This document shows, one piece after another, positions 1 through 9,901 of a stretch of DNA of 64,000 nucleotides. Numbering within the stretch: position 1 is the stretch's first letter; each line of letters begins with the position of its first letter. The notes beneath the pieces were generated by a model. That model was given only the letters and a program-made list of their open reading frames with translations, was not told the origin of the DNA and did not search any database. Location: positions 21,300 through 85,299 of IMG/VR virus record IMGVR_UViG_3300020810_000992; one strand, written 5' to 3'. Source of the stretch: a virus. The position numbers and the translations under genes were made by a program.

Positions 1-126
1 AATCTTGTTCCTGTATTTGCAGACGATGATGATAAAACAGGACAAAAACAAGCTACTGAAATAGCACAAATGCGTAGAAACTAAACTTAGCACTTTATAT
101 ATAAGGGAGCATACTTTAAATAGTAT

Positions 127-708
127 ATGAAACAAATTATGAAAATATCAACAGCACTATTCTTTTTGACACTTGGTATAGCAATGTCCTTTGCCGCAGG
201 CAATTCAAATGCAGACACAAACTTTGCAAAACCAACGCCGCTTGTAACAAAAACTGATACTCCACAAATACATTGTTTGGCAATGAATATCTATCACGAA
301 GCACGAAATGAAAGTCTAGCAGGACAAGCCGCAGTAGCCGATGTTGTTCTTAACCGTGTAAAAGACAGACGCTACCCAAACACAATATGCGAAGTAGTTC
401 ACGACGGTCCAATCAAAGAAAGCTGGAAGACACGTCAAACACCTGATCCAGATGATGCTGTATTTCATCCAATTCGTAATCGTTGTCAATTTAGTTGGTA
501 CTGTGACGGAAAGTCAGACGAACCAAAAAATCGTGTAGCATGGGAATCTGCTAAATTACTTGCATGGCAAATACTTCGCAAAGATCGATTTGTAGGAGTA
601 TCACAAGGTGCTACTCACTATCATGCAACCTATGTAGATCCAGCGTGGGCTCGTTCATTTAGACTAGTTGGCCGCATTGATACTCATATTTTCTACAGAG
701 CAGATTAA
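127..708 (+). CDS. SleB-like cell wall hydrolase (Hydrolase_2)
   Basis: Signal peptide; CLAMNIYHEARNES, VLNRV, CQFSW, GATHYH and HIFY motifs. Confidence 0.9.
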   Translation: MKQIMKISTALFFLTLGIAMSFAAGNSNADTNFAKPTPLVTKTDTPQIHCLAMNIYHEARNESLAGQAAVADVVLNRVKDRRYPNTICEVVHDGPIKESWKTRQTPDPDDAVFHPIRNRCQFSWYCDGKSDEPKNRVAWESAKLLAWQILRKDRFVGVSQGATHYHATYVDPAWARSFRLVGRIDTHIFYRAD

Positions 709-723
709 CTTTACCAAAATAGG

Positions 724-752
724 TTGACTTTAATGTTAACCTGTCTTATAAT
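724..752 (+). promoter_or_regulatory. sigma70-type promoter
   Basis: TTGACT-N17-TATAAT upstream of the lipoprotein cluster. Confidence 0.75.
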
Positions 753-787
753 AAGAGAACATTAACAAAAAGGCTATGGAGGCTTAA

Positions 788-1300
788 ATGAAAGGCATTA
801 TTAAACTAGCGGCAGTAGGAGCACTTGTATCTATGCTAGGTGCTTGCTCAACTTATACAACTATTGCTGAACGTGACGAATATGCACAACCTAAATGGTA
901 TGCAAACTGTGTAGAGTCAGGCGTAAGCGGATACTTTTGGTGGAAACAAGAATATGCATATGCTTGTGGCGCCGGCGAAAGTATTTTTGTACAAGCCGCT
1001 GAAGAACAAATGTATGCTATTGCAATGAATAACTTTGCAAAACGTATTAACAGTGAAGTAAACTCTACAACTAAACTGCAATTTAACGATAACAATGGTT
1101 CAGAGTCTAGACAAACTAGCACAATGATCAGTTATGAAGTTAAGAACACAACTATCCGTGAACATATTGCAAAAGAAACTGGGACATTTAAGTACCAAGG
1201 TAAAATGTATACCTTTGTGAAACTTAGATTGAACAAAGAAATTTTTGATGCACTTGTTCAGGAGGCTAAAAATGCTAAAGTTGTTGCAAACAACGGCTAA
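788..1300 (+). CDS. lipoprotein (LPP20-like)
   Basis: Lipobox LGAC; GGAGG SD; family call tentative. Confidence 0.7.
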   Translation: MKGIIKLAAVGALVSMLGACSTYTTIAERDEYAQPKWYANCVESGVSGYFWWKQEYAYACGAGESIFVQAAEEQMYAIAMNNFAKRINSEVNSTTKLQFNDNNGSESRQTSTMISYEVKNTTIREHIAKETGTFKYQGKMYTFVKLRLNKEIFDALVQEAKNAKVVANNG

Positions 1301-1628
1301 AGGTACATTACTTGTTACAGCAGTGCTGGCAATGTCAGCCTGCTCAAGTACACCTGAAACACCGGTAATGGCACAGTTCCAACCTCAATATTGCCATACT
1401 AAAAGTCAGTATACTCTGCAAGACGGCACTAAAGCAAACAGTAGGATAGATGTTAGTTGTACTGATAATCCTGAAGACAAACACTTTTTGTCATATAGTG
1501 ATATTGCAAAGAATTGCAGAGAACATTGGTATGATATTAGAATTAATAACCGATTGGAGAAGCAACGTGGGTACATTTGTCAAAAGTTTGACGGCAGTTG
1601 GGAAATCGTTAATCATCCTTATAAGTAG
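1272..1628 (+). CDS. lipoprotein, unknown function
   Basis: ATG 1272 after GGAGG; lipobox MSAC; four further Cys. Confidence 0.7.
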   Translation: MLKLLQTTAKGTLLVTAVLAMSACSSTPETPVMAQFQPQYCHTKSQYTLQDGTKANSRIDVSCTDNPEDKHFLSYSDIAKNCREHWYDIRINNRLEKQRGYICQKFDGSWEIVNHPYK

Positions 1629-2025
1629 TGTGCTATTTTTAAGTGCATGTGGAACGACATCTAATACTAACAGCCGAAGTACATATGCAAGTACTAATGC
1701 GGATTACTCTAGTCCAAGTAGTTCAATAGTTGTTGCAATGAATTATCTAAAATGGTCAACTCATAAAATGACCGCTTGGGATCAAAAACAGCAAGAACAA
1801 GCAGTATTTTTTGCATTAAACAATCTTAAAGCAGGTGAAGTTACTAATTGGTATAATGGTAATACTGGAGCAAGAGGACAGGTGCGAGTTGCGATGAGCT
1901 ATCCTCAGGGGAGTGGTTATTGTAGAGTATTACAGAGTGAAATTTATTACAATGGTAAAGACCGCAACTTCCAAGAAACTGCATGTATAAACGCAGTTGA
2001 TAATACCTGGCGCTTTGTCAGATAA
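1450..2025 (+). CDS. lipoprotein with 17-kDa surface-antigen-like C-terminal domain (true start likely downstream)
   Basis: Lipobox LSAC; WYNGNTGARG...YCR...ETAC...W pattern. Confidence 0.65.
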   Translation: MLVVLIILKTNTFCHIVILQRIAENIGMILELITDWRSNVGTFVKSLTAVGKSLIILISSVLFLSACGTTSNTNSRSTYASTNADYSSPSSSIVVAMNYLKWSTHKMTAWDQKQQEQAVFFALNNLKAGEVTNWYNGNTGARGQVRVAMSYPQGSGYCRVLQSEIYYNGKDRNFQETACINAVDNTWRFVR

Positions 2026-2046
2026 ATATACTACGAGGAAACAAAT

Positions 2047-3969
2047 TTGGCATTAGGTATTTTAGTTTTAATTACTGCTCTTACTATATCAGCAGTAGCA
2101 ATATATTATTCAGTAGCAGGTCTGGTGGCAATCTTTGCCGCGGCCGCACTTCCTATTATGATTATGGGTGGTGCATTAGAAGTTGGCAAACTCGTAACAG
2201 CAGTTTGGTTACACAAGTATTGGTCACAAGCAAAATGGTGGTTGCGAACGTATCTCGCATTAGCTGTATTGATTTTGATGTTCATTACAAGTATGGGCAT
2301 CTTTGGCTTTCTATCAAAAGCACACATTGAACAAACGAGTGCAGGTGAAGAAAGCGTAGCACAAGTTGAACGTTTAACTTTAGAAATAGATAGACAAACT
2401 AATATTATTAAACGTGCAGAAGAACAAATTACTAAATTAGAAACTAGTGGTACAGGAAACGATGCTAATATTCAATCACAGATTGATAAAGAGCAGGTGC
2501 GTATTGACACAGCATACGATCGAATTGATCCTGCTATTGCAGAACAAAATACAATTATTGCAGGCGTTACTGCATTGTTCCAACAAGAACTTGACCGCAT
2601 TGATGGAGAACTTGCAACACTACAAGGTTACATTGACGCAGGAGAAATCAAAAAAGCACAGGGCATGGTAGGTACAGCAACAGATGGTGCTTATGGTCCT
2701 AAGACAGCCGCGGCGTTTACAGCATGGCAAGACGCTAAACGTGCAGAGCGTAACGAATGGTTACAAAAGATTCAAGAATCCGCAAATTCACCTACTGTAA
2801 AAGCGGCACGTGATGAAATTGCAAGACTACGCAAAAGCGCAGAAGATCAAATTGCACAGTCAAATACACTAATCAATCGCCTGCGTAATCAATTAGGCAC
2901 AACAGATAAAACTGCTGAAATTGATGCCCAAGTTGATGAGCAGAATGCTCGTATTAAAACTGCTAATGCAGAAATCAATACGCTTACAGAAGAAAAATAT
3001 GCATTAGAAGGTGAGTATCGTAAATTAGAAGCAGAAGTAGGTCCGATTAAATACATTGCTGAATTTGTATATGGCGAAAACGCAGATAACAATATGCTTG
3101 AAGACGCTGTACGTTGGGTAATAATTATTATTATCTTTGTATTTGACCCACTAGCAGTCTTATTGCTGATAGCAAGCCAATATACCTTTGAGTTTAGACG
3201 CAAACAACTTGAAGATGACAGCGGTGACCGTCTTCGGCTCGAGAGACAGGAATATGAACAAGCAAGGGCACAGCGTATAGTTGACAACCCTGGCTATAAT
3301 ATTGATGATCTTAAGGAGGATGCGGATGAAAACGACCAACGAGAAGATAGAGAAGAGACAGAGCAAGTTGATACAAGCCTGCCTAAAGCACAACCCAGCG
3401 AAACAGTTGAAGCACAAGATGAAGCTGATCCAGTTGTGGCTACAGAAAAAGAAAGAAAATTAAATGTTACAACAAATACTACTACAACAGATGATGATAG
3501 CAGAGACGTTCTATCAAAAGATGATATTGCCAAGTCTTATCACACAGATGACAGAGTGGAACAGTCTAAAGTACAGGCTGATGAAATCAAACATCAAGAA
3601 TACTTAGAAGAAGAAAAAACGTCTAATCCAATCGAAAAAAAAGAGTTAGAATCGTCGGAAGAGTCAAACGACCTAGAGAATTGGAATAAATGGGTAGAGG
3701 CTGCCGAAGAAGCTGTTCAAAAAGAAGAAGTAGACATTCGAGCTCAAAAAGTAACAGAGCAAGAAACTGACGCTGAATGGGTTGAAGCAAAGCGTAAATG
3801 GAAAGACGAAAATCCAGATCAAAATCTAAAAGATTGGAAACATGCTTATATCTCAGGAAGAATAGAAGATCTTCCTTGGGCCAAATATGTAAAGAACTCA
3901 TACGTACAAAACGAGGAACAAAGTGAGAATTCAATTTGGAATAAATTGTCACGTGCAGACAATAAGTAA
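2047..3969 (+). CDS. membrane-anchored coiled-coil protein with putative peptidoglycan-binding motif and acidic tail
   Basis: N-terminal hydrophobic helices, long heptad region, DGAYGPKT motif, further TM segment, E/D-rich C-terminus. Confidence 0.65.
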   Translation: MALGILVLITALTISAVAIYYSVAGLVAIFAAAALPIMIMGGALEVGKLVTAVWLHKYWSQAKWWLRTYLALAVLILMFITSMGIFGFLSKAHIEQTSAGEESVAQVERLTLEIDRQTNIIKRAEEQITKLETSGTGNDANIQSQIDKEQVRIDTAYDRIDPAIAEQNTIIAGVTALFQQELDRIDGELATLQGYIDAGEIKKAQGMVGTATDGAYGPKTAAAFTAWQDAKRAERNEWLQKIQESANSPTVKAARDEIARLRKSAEDQIAQSNTLINRLRNQLGTTDKTAEIDAQVDEQNARIKTANAEINTLTEEKYALEGEYRKLEAEVGPIKYIAEFVYGENADNNMLEDAVRWVIIIIIFVFDPLAVLLLIASQYTFEFRRKQLEDDSGDRLRLERQEYEQARAQRIVDNPGYNIDDLKEDADENDQREDREETEQVDTSLPKAQPSETVEAQDEADPVVATEKERKLNVTTNTTTTDDDSRDVLSKDDIAKSYHTDDRVEQSKVQADEIKHQEYLEEEKTSNPIEKKELESSEESNDLENWNKWVEAAEEAVQKEEVDIRAQKVTEQETDAEWVEAKRKWKDENPDQNLKDWKHAYISGRIEDLPWAKYVKNSYVQNEEQSENSIWNKLSRADNK

Positions 3970-3974
3970 GTTTA

Positions 3975-4367
3975 ATGTCTAATACAATTATTAACCTTAT
4001 TACAGCACCTGACAAACTATTCAATTCAAATCCTAGTTTACTATTAGTAAATCCGGGTGACTCTGTTAAAGAAGACTTTAACACACAAGCAAACAAACTT
4101 ACAAATCCAATCAATTTATATCTTTTTGAAGGTAATCCTCTAGATGCCAAATGGCTATTAGATGTTGCACAAAGTGTTGACTATATTATATTAGATATTG
4201 ATAACACAAAAGACAATACGTGGTTAATTGGATATTTGTTAAGTTTTGGTAAAACTTTTTACTTGACAAATGAGGCACAATCAGTGTATAATATAATTAA
4301 CGTGAACAGAATATACGAACTTAAACAATTTATGGAAGGAGTAAATTATTTTGGCATATCACAATAA
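3975..4367 (+). CDS. hypothetical protein
   Basis: 130 aa ORF in gene-dense co-directional run. Confidence 0.6.
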   Translation: MSNTIINLITAPDKLFNSNPSLLLVNPGDSVKEDFNTQANKLTNPINLYLFEGNPLDAKWLLDVAQSVDYIILDIDNTKDNTWLIGYLLSFGKTFYLTNEAQSVYNIINVNRIYELKQFMEGVNYFGISQ

Positions 4368-4623
4368 TAGAGGCAACAAACCTTTTAAACCTAGAAACAA
4401 TGATAACGGTGTAACAGGACTTACTGTAGAAGTAAGAAATGGTGATGTTACTAAAGCATTGCGTATTTTCAAAAAGAAAGTACAAGATGCCGGCATTTTA
4501 CAAGAATATAAAGAACGTCAACATTACGAAAAACCAAGCGAAACACGTAAAAAAGCAAAAGCCGCAGGACGTAAACGCTGGCTTAAAGCAGTTGAAAAAC
4601 GTAAGCAAGAACAAGGCTATTAA
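4351..4623 (+). CDS. rpsU: ribosomal protein bS21
   Basis: KALRIFKKKV...ERQHYEKPSETRKKAKAAGRKR; AGGAG SD, TTG start; TTGACA-N18-TATAAT at 4263-4292. Confidence 0.92.
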   Translation: MAYHNNRGNKPFKPRNNDNGVTGLTVEVRNGDVTKALRIFKKKVQDAGILQEYKERQHYEKPSETRKKAKAAGRKRWLKAVEKRKQEQGY

Positions 4624-4625
4624 AA

Positions 4626-5210
4626 ATGACACTTACTGCCGAACAGTGGTTTCCCAGTGTTATCTGGTCAGGAATGTTGTCGGGTGTAGATAATGAAGCT
4701 ATCTCATTATTTGCATACGATCGAATGGCAGTTGACACTGGTGTACAAATATCAAATTATCTAGGATGGCAAAGTAATCCTATTCGACATGGTGATTGTG
4801 AGGAATTTGATAAACTTGTATCTGTATTAAACGAACAAATTCACAATTGTTCAGTACAAGCAGATCTTCCAGAATTGCAGGTACAGAATATTTGGATTAA
4901 CATTAATAAACCAGGTGCATATAATCACTTGCATAATCACGCTGGTGCACTCCTAAGTGGAGTATACTATGTAAAAAGTACACCTGAACAAGGCAACATC
5001 TTTTTTGAAAGAGGAGATAATGCCGAATACTTTTTACCTCCAATGGAAAAACCAAATTATTTTACAAGTACTGCAACAACTTACAAAGCAATGTCTGATG
5101 CTTTGTATATTTTTCCTGGTTGGCTTAAACATAGTGTACAGCCTAATTTAACCAAAGATGATAGAATTAGTATAAGTTTCAATTACGGAGTTAAACCAAA
5201 TGCGACTTGA
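4626..5210 (+). CDS. 2OG-Fe(II) oxygenase-like protein (TIGR02466-like)
   Basis: [32 protein letters not shown]. Confidence 0.85.
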   Translation: MTLTAEQWFPSVIWSGMLSGVDNEAISLFAYDRMAVDTGVQISNYLGWQSNPIRHGDCEEFDKLVSVLNEQIHNCSVQADLPELQVQNIWININKPGAYNHLHNHAGALLSGVYYVKSTPEQGNIFFERGDNAEYFLPPMEKPNYFTSTATTYKAMSDALYIFPGWLKHSVQPNLTKDDRISISFNYGVKPNAT

Positions 5211-6339
5211 AGAAGACACAAAGTTAGATTATAAAGATGTACTTATTCGTCCCAAGCGAAGCACACTAAGCAGTCGCAAAGAAGTAGACTTAGAACGCAA
5301 GTTTACATTTCGTAACTACGTTCCAGACTTTCCAGACAACATAGAAGACTATCAGTATCGTGGTATTCCTATTATGGCGGCCAATATGGATGGTGTTGGT
5401 ACTATGGAGATGGCAGATAAACTTGCAGAAGGCAATATGTTTACTTGTCTAGTTAAAACATATCCAGTTGAAAACCTAGTTGATTACTTTAATGCAGGTA
5501 TCAAAGAGCGTACAGATAATGTAGCTATGAGTATAGGTATTACTGATCATGATATGGGTAAGTTTATGCGAGTATACTCACAAGCAGATGGAAATTTAAA
5601 ATACGTCTGTGTAGACGTAGCAAATGGATATTCTGAACGATTTGCAGACTTTATTCGCAAATTAAGAAACCAGTATCCAAATATTGTAATCATCGCCGGA
5701 AATGTAGTAACAGGCGAAATGACGGAGGAATTGATTCTTGCTGGAGCTGATATTGTTAAAGTGGGCATTGGCCCTGGTTCTGTGTGTACAACTCGTATTC
5801 AAACTGGCGTGGGTTATCCTCAGTTATCGGCAGTTATTGAGTGTGCAGATGCGGCTCACGGGCTTGGTGGTCACATCATCGCTGATGGTGGATGCACTTG
5901 TCCTGGTGATGTTGCTAAGGCATTTGCCGCAGGTGCAGACTTTGTAATGCTTGGTGGTATGCTTGCTGGACACGATGAAGGTGGCGGCGAAGTAATTACA
6001 AAATATTACGAAACAAATGAACGTAACTATGAAATGAGTCAAGGCACACCAGGTGGATTTGAGAAAGTTATAGAAACTAAAAAGTTTATACAATTCTACG
6101 GAATGAGCAGTGATACTGCAAACGATAAACATTTTGGCGGACTAAAGGAGTACCGTAGCAGTGAAGGACGAACAGTTCTTGTGCCTTACAGGGGAGAAGT
6201 AGCACGGACAGTACAAGACTTGCTCGGAGGTATCCGTTCAACTTGTACATATGCAGGCGCCAAAAAACTAAAACAACTTAGTAAATGCACAACCTTTGTA
6301 CGTTGCACACAACAATTTAACGCAGTATACGCAAACTAA
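5200..6339 (+). CDS. guaC: GMP reductase
   Basis: [50 protein letters not shown]. Confidence 0.95.
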   Translation: MRLEEDTKLDYKDVLIRPKRSTLSSRKEVDLERKFTFRNYVPDFPDNIEDYQYRGIPIMAANMDGVGTMEMADKLAEGNMFTCLVKTYPVENLVDYFNAGIKERTDNVAMSIGITDHDMGKFMRVYSQADGNLKYVCVDVANGYSERFADFIRKLRNQYPNIVIIAGNVVTGEMTEELILAGADIVKVGIGPGSVCTTRIQTGVGYPQLSAVIECADAAHGLGGHIIADGGCTCPGDVAKAFAAGADFVMLGGMLAGHDEGGGEVITKYYETNERNYEMSQGTPGGFEKVIETKKFIQFYGMSSDTANDKHFGGLKEYRSSEGRTVLVPYRGEVARTVQDLLGGIRSTCTYAGAKKLKQLSKCTTFVRCTQQFNAVYAN

Positions 6340-6351
6340 AGGCAATCTAAC

Positions 6352-7032
6352 ATGATCTATTACGTTCCAGTTCCTGTAGAGGACCATGAGAATCTTATCG
6401 GTAAATCCTTTGCAAAGAGGTTTGCTAACGAAATGTATTCTTACTATGCTCCGTTTATTAAAAAGGGACGGCCTATTCAATTAGCAAAAGAAACATGGGA
6501 ATATGCTGTTGCTGATAGTATTGACGGAGGTGACTGGGTAGGTGCAGGTAAAAATGTTATCGATGTTCGAGCACCCGGAATTGAAATTGATGTAAAAGGT
6601 TTAAGCTCTCAAAATCTAAACGGTACAACAACTGAAGCAAGTATCTTACAAAATAATAAACTAGAAAACGATAATTTTGCAAAACTATTTGAGAGAAAAG
6701 ATTTTTCTGCTCTCAAAGATATGTTTGTAGACCCTTTTGTTGAAAAGATTAAGGCAACAAATAACCTACATATACTATGCGCAGTAAGAGAAAAGAAAGA
6801 ACAGAAAGTACATTATTGTTTACTAAAAGTAATGCAAAAGGAAAATCCAAATTTTGTAAAAGAAATGACAATGGATGCAAAACGTAGTGTAAGTGTTCCT
6901 ATGATTGATCCAAAATACGGTAAAACATACTTGTATATCCCTAAACGTAGATTAGAAATACGCCTAAAAATGGAAGAAATGTCAAAATTTTCAGTATTTT
7001 CACATTCAATTCTTGACAATACTGATGATTGA
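6352..7032 (+). CDS. hypothetical protein, possible PD-(D/E)XK nuclease
   Basis: WEYAV...VIDV...IEIDVKG spacing resembles restriction-endonuclease fold; weak. Confidence 0.4.
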   Translation: MIYYVPVPVEDHENLIGKSFAKRFANEMYSYYAPFIKKGRPIQLAKETWEYAVADSIDGGDWVGAGKNVIDVRAPGIEIDVKGLSSQNLNGTTTEASILQNNKLENDNFAKLFERKDFSALKDMFVDPFVEKIKATNNLHILCAVREKKEQKVHYCLLKVMQKENPNFVKEMTMDAKRSVSVPMIDPKYGKTYLYIPKRRLEIRLKMEEMSKFSVFSHSILDNTDD

Positions 7033-7043
7033 GTGTATAAATA
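7013..7043 (+). promoter_or_regulatory. promoter of hsp20 (sigma70 -35/-10 overlapping a TATAAATA late box)
   Basis: TTGACA 7013-7018, N17, TATAAATA 7036-7043. Confidence 0.7.
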
Positions 7044-7048
7044 ATAAT

Positions 7049-7135
7049 GTAGGAACAGGAACGAATCCTGCTTTTACTGGAGTGCCCATAAGGGACTCTA
7101 ATATTAATCTTGCTTATTAAAGGAGAAAAAACATG
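7049..7135 (+). promoter_or_regulatory. ROSE-like RNA thermometer in hsp20 5' UTR
   Basis: Three hairpins; last pairs TCTTGCT (7108-7114) with AGGAGA SD (7121-7126) leaving a bulged G. Confidence 0.7.
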
Positions 7136-7612
7136 ACAAGACTAACAACTCTAGACCTACCTTCATTCCACAGAGCAACAATTGGCTTTGATAGAATGTT
7201 TAACGAATTAGAAAGAAACTTTGCTAATTCACAATCAAACGGTTACCCACCATACAACATAGCACAGATCAACGACGATGAGTATATGATCTCATTGGCA
7301 GTCGCTGGCTTTGGTATGGATAATCTTACAGTTGAAAAAGATGGTAACATTCTTAAGATTGAAGGTATCGCTCCTAAGGGAGGCGAAGAAGTAAACTACC
7401 TACATAAAGGAATCGGCGGACGCAACTTCCGTAGAGAGTTTACACTTGCTGATCACGTCGATGTAGTTAGCGCAGGCCTTGAACTAGGTATGCTTAACAT
7501 TCATCTAAAGCGTGAAGTACCGGAAGCACTAAAGCCTAAGCGTATTGAAATTACTGACTGGAATGGTCATGTGCAGGAAGCACACGATGTAATTGAAAAC
7601 GATAGCAAGTAA
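7133..7612 (+). CDS. ibpA: small heat shock protein Hsp20 (IbpA-like)
   Basis: IGFDRMF, YPPYNI, LAVAGF, YLHKGIGGRNFRREFTLA, GMLNIHL. Confidence 0.93.
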   Translation: MTRLTTLDLPSFHRATIGFDRMFNELERNFANSQSNGYPPYNIAQINDDEYMISLAVAGFGMDNLTVEKDGNILKIEGIAPKGGEEVNYLHKGIGGRNFRREFTLADHVDVVSAGLELGMLNIHLKREVPEALKPKRIEITDWNGHVQEAHDVIENDSK

Positions 7613-7624
7613 ACAGAAAGTCTA

Positions 7625-7646
7625 GGGGGAGTGTAACAACTCCCCC
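7625..7646 (+). terminator. GC-rich hairpin (terminator or mRNA stability element)
   Basis: GGGGGAGT-N6-ACTCCCCC; no U-tract. Confidence 0.5.
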
Positions 7647-7662
7647 ATCTAAGGAGAATTAA

Positions 7663-7968
7663 ATGAGTACAAATACTGATGTTGTAATTGAAGAACAGAT
7701 TAAAGAAGTAGTCCTTGATCCAGGCAAATTTAAAGTTATCATTTTAAATGATAATGTTACTCCTATGGATTTTGTTGTAGAAATCTTATCTGAAATATTT
7801 AAACATTCTTTTCAAACAGCACAAGAACTAACTATGGCCATTCATTCAAAAGGATCTGCTGTAGTAGGACTGTATACATATGAGATTGCAGAGCAAAAAT
7901 CAGTAGAAGCAACTAAACTTTCTCGAGAACATGGTTTCCCGTTACAAGTAGCAATTGAAAAAGAATAA
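7663..7968 (+). CDS. clpS: Clp protease adaptor ClpS
   Basis: KVIILNDNVTPMDFVV, IHSKGSAVVGLYTYEIAE, FPLQ. Confidence 0.92.
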   Translation: MSTNTDVVIEEQIKEVVLDPGKFKVIILNDNVTPMDFVVEILSEIFKHSFQTAQELTMAIHSKGSAVVGLYTYEIAEQKSVEATKLSREHGFPLQVAIEKE

Positions 7969-8016
7969 TATAAATACACTGTATAGAATGATTAACTTTT
8001 ACATAAGGAGTAAAAA

Positions 8017-8604
8017 ATGAGTTTAGCAAGTTTAACGCAGGCCGCTCACCAGAACGCAGAACGTCAAGAATTCGCAAGAAAAATGATGTCGGGTGAAATG
8101 AGCGACGCAGAATATAAAACATATTTGTGGAACATGTGGCTGGTATATGATGTACTAGAAGATGTTGCATTAAGTATGGGCGTATTTGGTCCACAAGACC
8201 TATCTATGCCAGATGATGATCTACCACTAGATGGCTTAACACAAGCTGATGATATTATGGCAGACTTTATCGAATTAGGGGGTGATGCAGATAATCCACC
8301 TGTTACTGTAGACGCAGTCGAAGAATACAGAAGCCATATTATTAAAAATTGTCAGCACGACAAAGATAAACTAATGGCACATGTTTATGTAAGACATATG
8401 GGCGACTTGAGCGGTGGACAAATGATTGCCGCAAAAGTACCTGGGTCAGGTAAAATGTATCAGTTTGCTGATATGACACACAGTGTCGATGAAATGAAAA
8501 ATGCTATTCGTAAGCGTACAAAAGACAGTATGGCCGACGAAGCTAATAAAGCATTTGAATTTTCTATTAAGATTTTTGAGCAACTAAACGATCTAAGCTA
8601 CTAG
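8017..8604 (+). CDS. hemO: heme oxygenase (HemO/Ho1 type)
   Basis: N-terminal His (AHQNAE), AHVYVRHMGDLSGGQ, DEANKAF. Confidence 0.92.
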   Translation: MSLASLTQAAHQNAERQEFARKMMSGEMSDAEYKTYLWNMWLVYDVLEDVALSMGVFGPQDLSMPDDDLPLDGLTQADDIMADFIELGGDADNPPVTVDAVEEYRSHIIKNCQHDKDKLMAHVYVRHMGDLSGGQMIAAKVPGSGKMYQFADMTHSVDEMKNAIRKRTKDSMADEANKAFEFSIKIFEQLNDLSY

Positions 8605-8605
8605 T

Positions 8606-9286
8606 ATGATCTGGAATCAGCTCATCGAATGTAAAGACCAAATCATTCAAGCATTTGACCACCACGGTGTTGAAATAAATGAACCAGGAATGGAACATTT
8701 TAATCAACCCGATGGTGGTTGGATTAATAGAGTTTGGCAAAACGAAGATGTCCGTAGGGCGCACATCGACGTAGTTGATGCTAGAGATACAAAAGGTTTA
8801 TGGATGATGCATGTTTGCATTTTCCCACAACTTAACAATGATGCACCGATTTATGGCTTTGATGTAATTGCAGGCAAAAATAAGATGACGGGTGCATTCC
8901 ATGATTTTAGTCCAACATCAAATCCTAATCATCCAATGATCAACTGGTATGAACATTCAGTAAAAGACTTTATACCTGAAAAGAAAAGAGAACTACCTGA
9001 ATGGGCAACTAACATCTTTACTCCTAGTATGGTTGCGGCAAGCAATGTACGAGAAGAAGAGTCAGCAGTTATTATTGATCTTGCACTTAACAATCTATAC
9101 GAATACTTAGACCAAGTAGGTGAGTATAATGGTTCAGGTAACGTTGATATTGTTACAGCCGGTCAAAACTATTATTGTCATAACCAGCAACAAAATCCAC
9201 ATACTCCTCGTGTAATGAAATCATTAGGACTTGCAGAAGCAGATGTAGACAAGTTTTGTACTGATATGCTTTTCCCTAAATTATAA
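8606..9286 (+). CDS. pcyX: ferredoxin-dependent bilin reductase, PcyX-like
   Basis: RRAHIDVVD, WMMHVCIFP, PIYGFDVIAG, GAFHDFSP, RELPEWA, QQQNPHT; adjacent to hemO. Confidence 0.85.
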   Translation: MIWNQLIECKDQIIQAFDHHGVEINEPGMEHFNQPDGGWINRVWQNEDVRRAHIDVVDARDTKGLWMMHVCIFPQLNNDAPIYGFDVIAGKNKMTGAFHDFSPTSNPNHPMINWYEHSVKDFIPEKKRELPEWATNIFTPSMVAASNVREEESAVIIDLALNNLYEYLDQVGEYNGSGNVDIVTAGQNYYCHNQQQNPHTPRVMKSLGLAEADVDKFCTDMLFPKL

Positions 9287-9369
9287 TAAATAAGTTAGTA
9301 ATGTACAGCGTGAGGGCTATACTTTATTAGGCTTCACATAATACTCCAACTAAAATCCTCCATAATTAA

Positions 9370-9377
9370 TATAAATA
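9370..9377 (+). promoter_or_regulatory. T4-like late promoter for the csgF-csgG cluster
   Basis: TATAAATA about 45 nt upstream of csgF start. Confidence 0.65.
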
Positions 9378-9421
9378 TGTATATGAGATAGATTGGGCAA
9401 TAATTCTCATGGAGGGCAATC

Positions 9422-9901
9422 ATGAAGAAACTTATTATACTTACTGGAATCCTGATTTCAGCTACAGTTACAGCAAATGCAAGTGAATTAGGTTGGGGTT
9501 TTAAATCGCCAGCATTTCATTATGGAAACGGTTACAGTACACACGTTCTAAGTGTAGAACAACTCCAGCATAATCGTAAACAGGATCTAGCAGATAAGCG
9601 TAGAGCTGAAGAAGATCGTCTAGCAAGAGAGCTAGAAAACACAACCTTAAACAAATTTCTTAAAAACGTAGAATCACGTATATACGCAACACTATCTAAG
9701 CAGATGGTAGACAATATGTTTGCTACCTGTTCAGATGCTAGTGGTGCAACTTGTCCTACAACAGGAACAGCAGAAATAGAAGGTTCAACTATTACTTGGA
9801 CCAAAGACACAACTACAGGAAGTATTAACCTTGTTGTTGTAGATGCAGATGGTAGTACAACAGAAATTACTATCCCAGGATCAGGGGAGTTTAATTTCTA
9901 A
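9422..9901 (+). CDS. csgF: curli assembly protein CsgF-like
   Basis: Signal peptide, ASELGWGFKSPAF..GNG, C-terminal DGSTTEITIP; overlaps csgG start. Confidence 0.8.
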   Translation: MKKLIILTGILISATVTANASELGWGFKSPAFHYGNGYSTHVLSVEQLQHNRKQDLADKRRAEEDRLARELENTTLNKFLKNVESRIYATLSKQMVDNMFATCSDASGATCPTTGTAEIEGSTITWTKDTTTGSINLVVVDADGSTTEITIPGSGEFNF

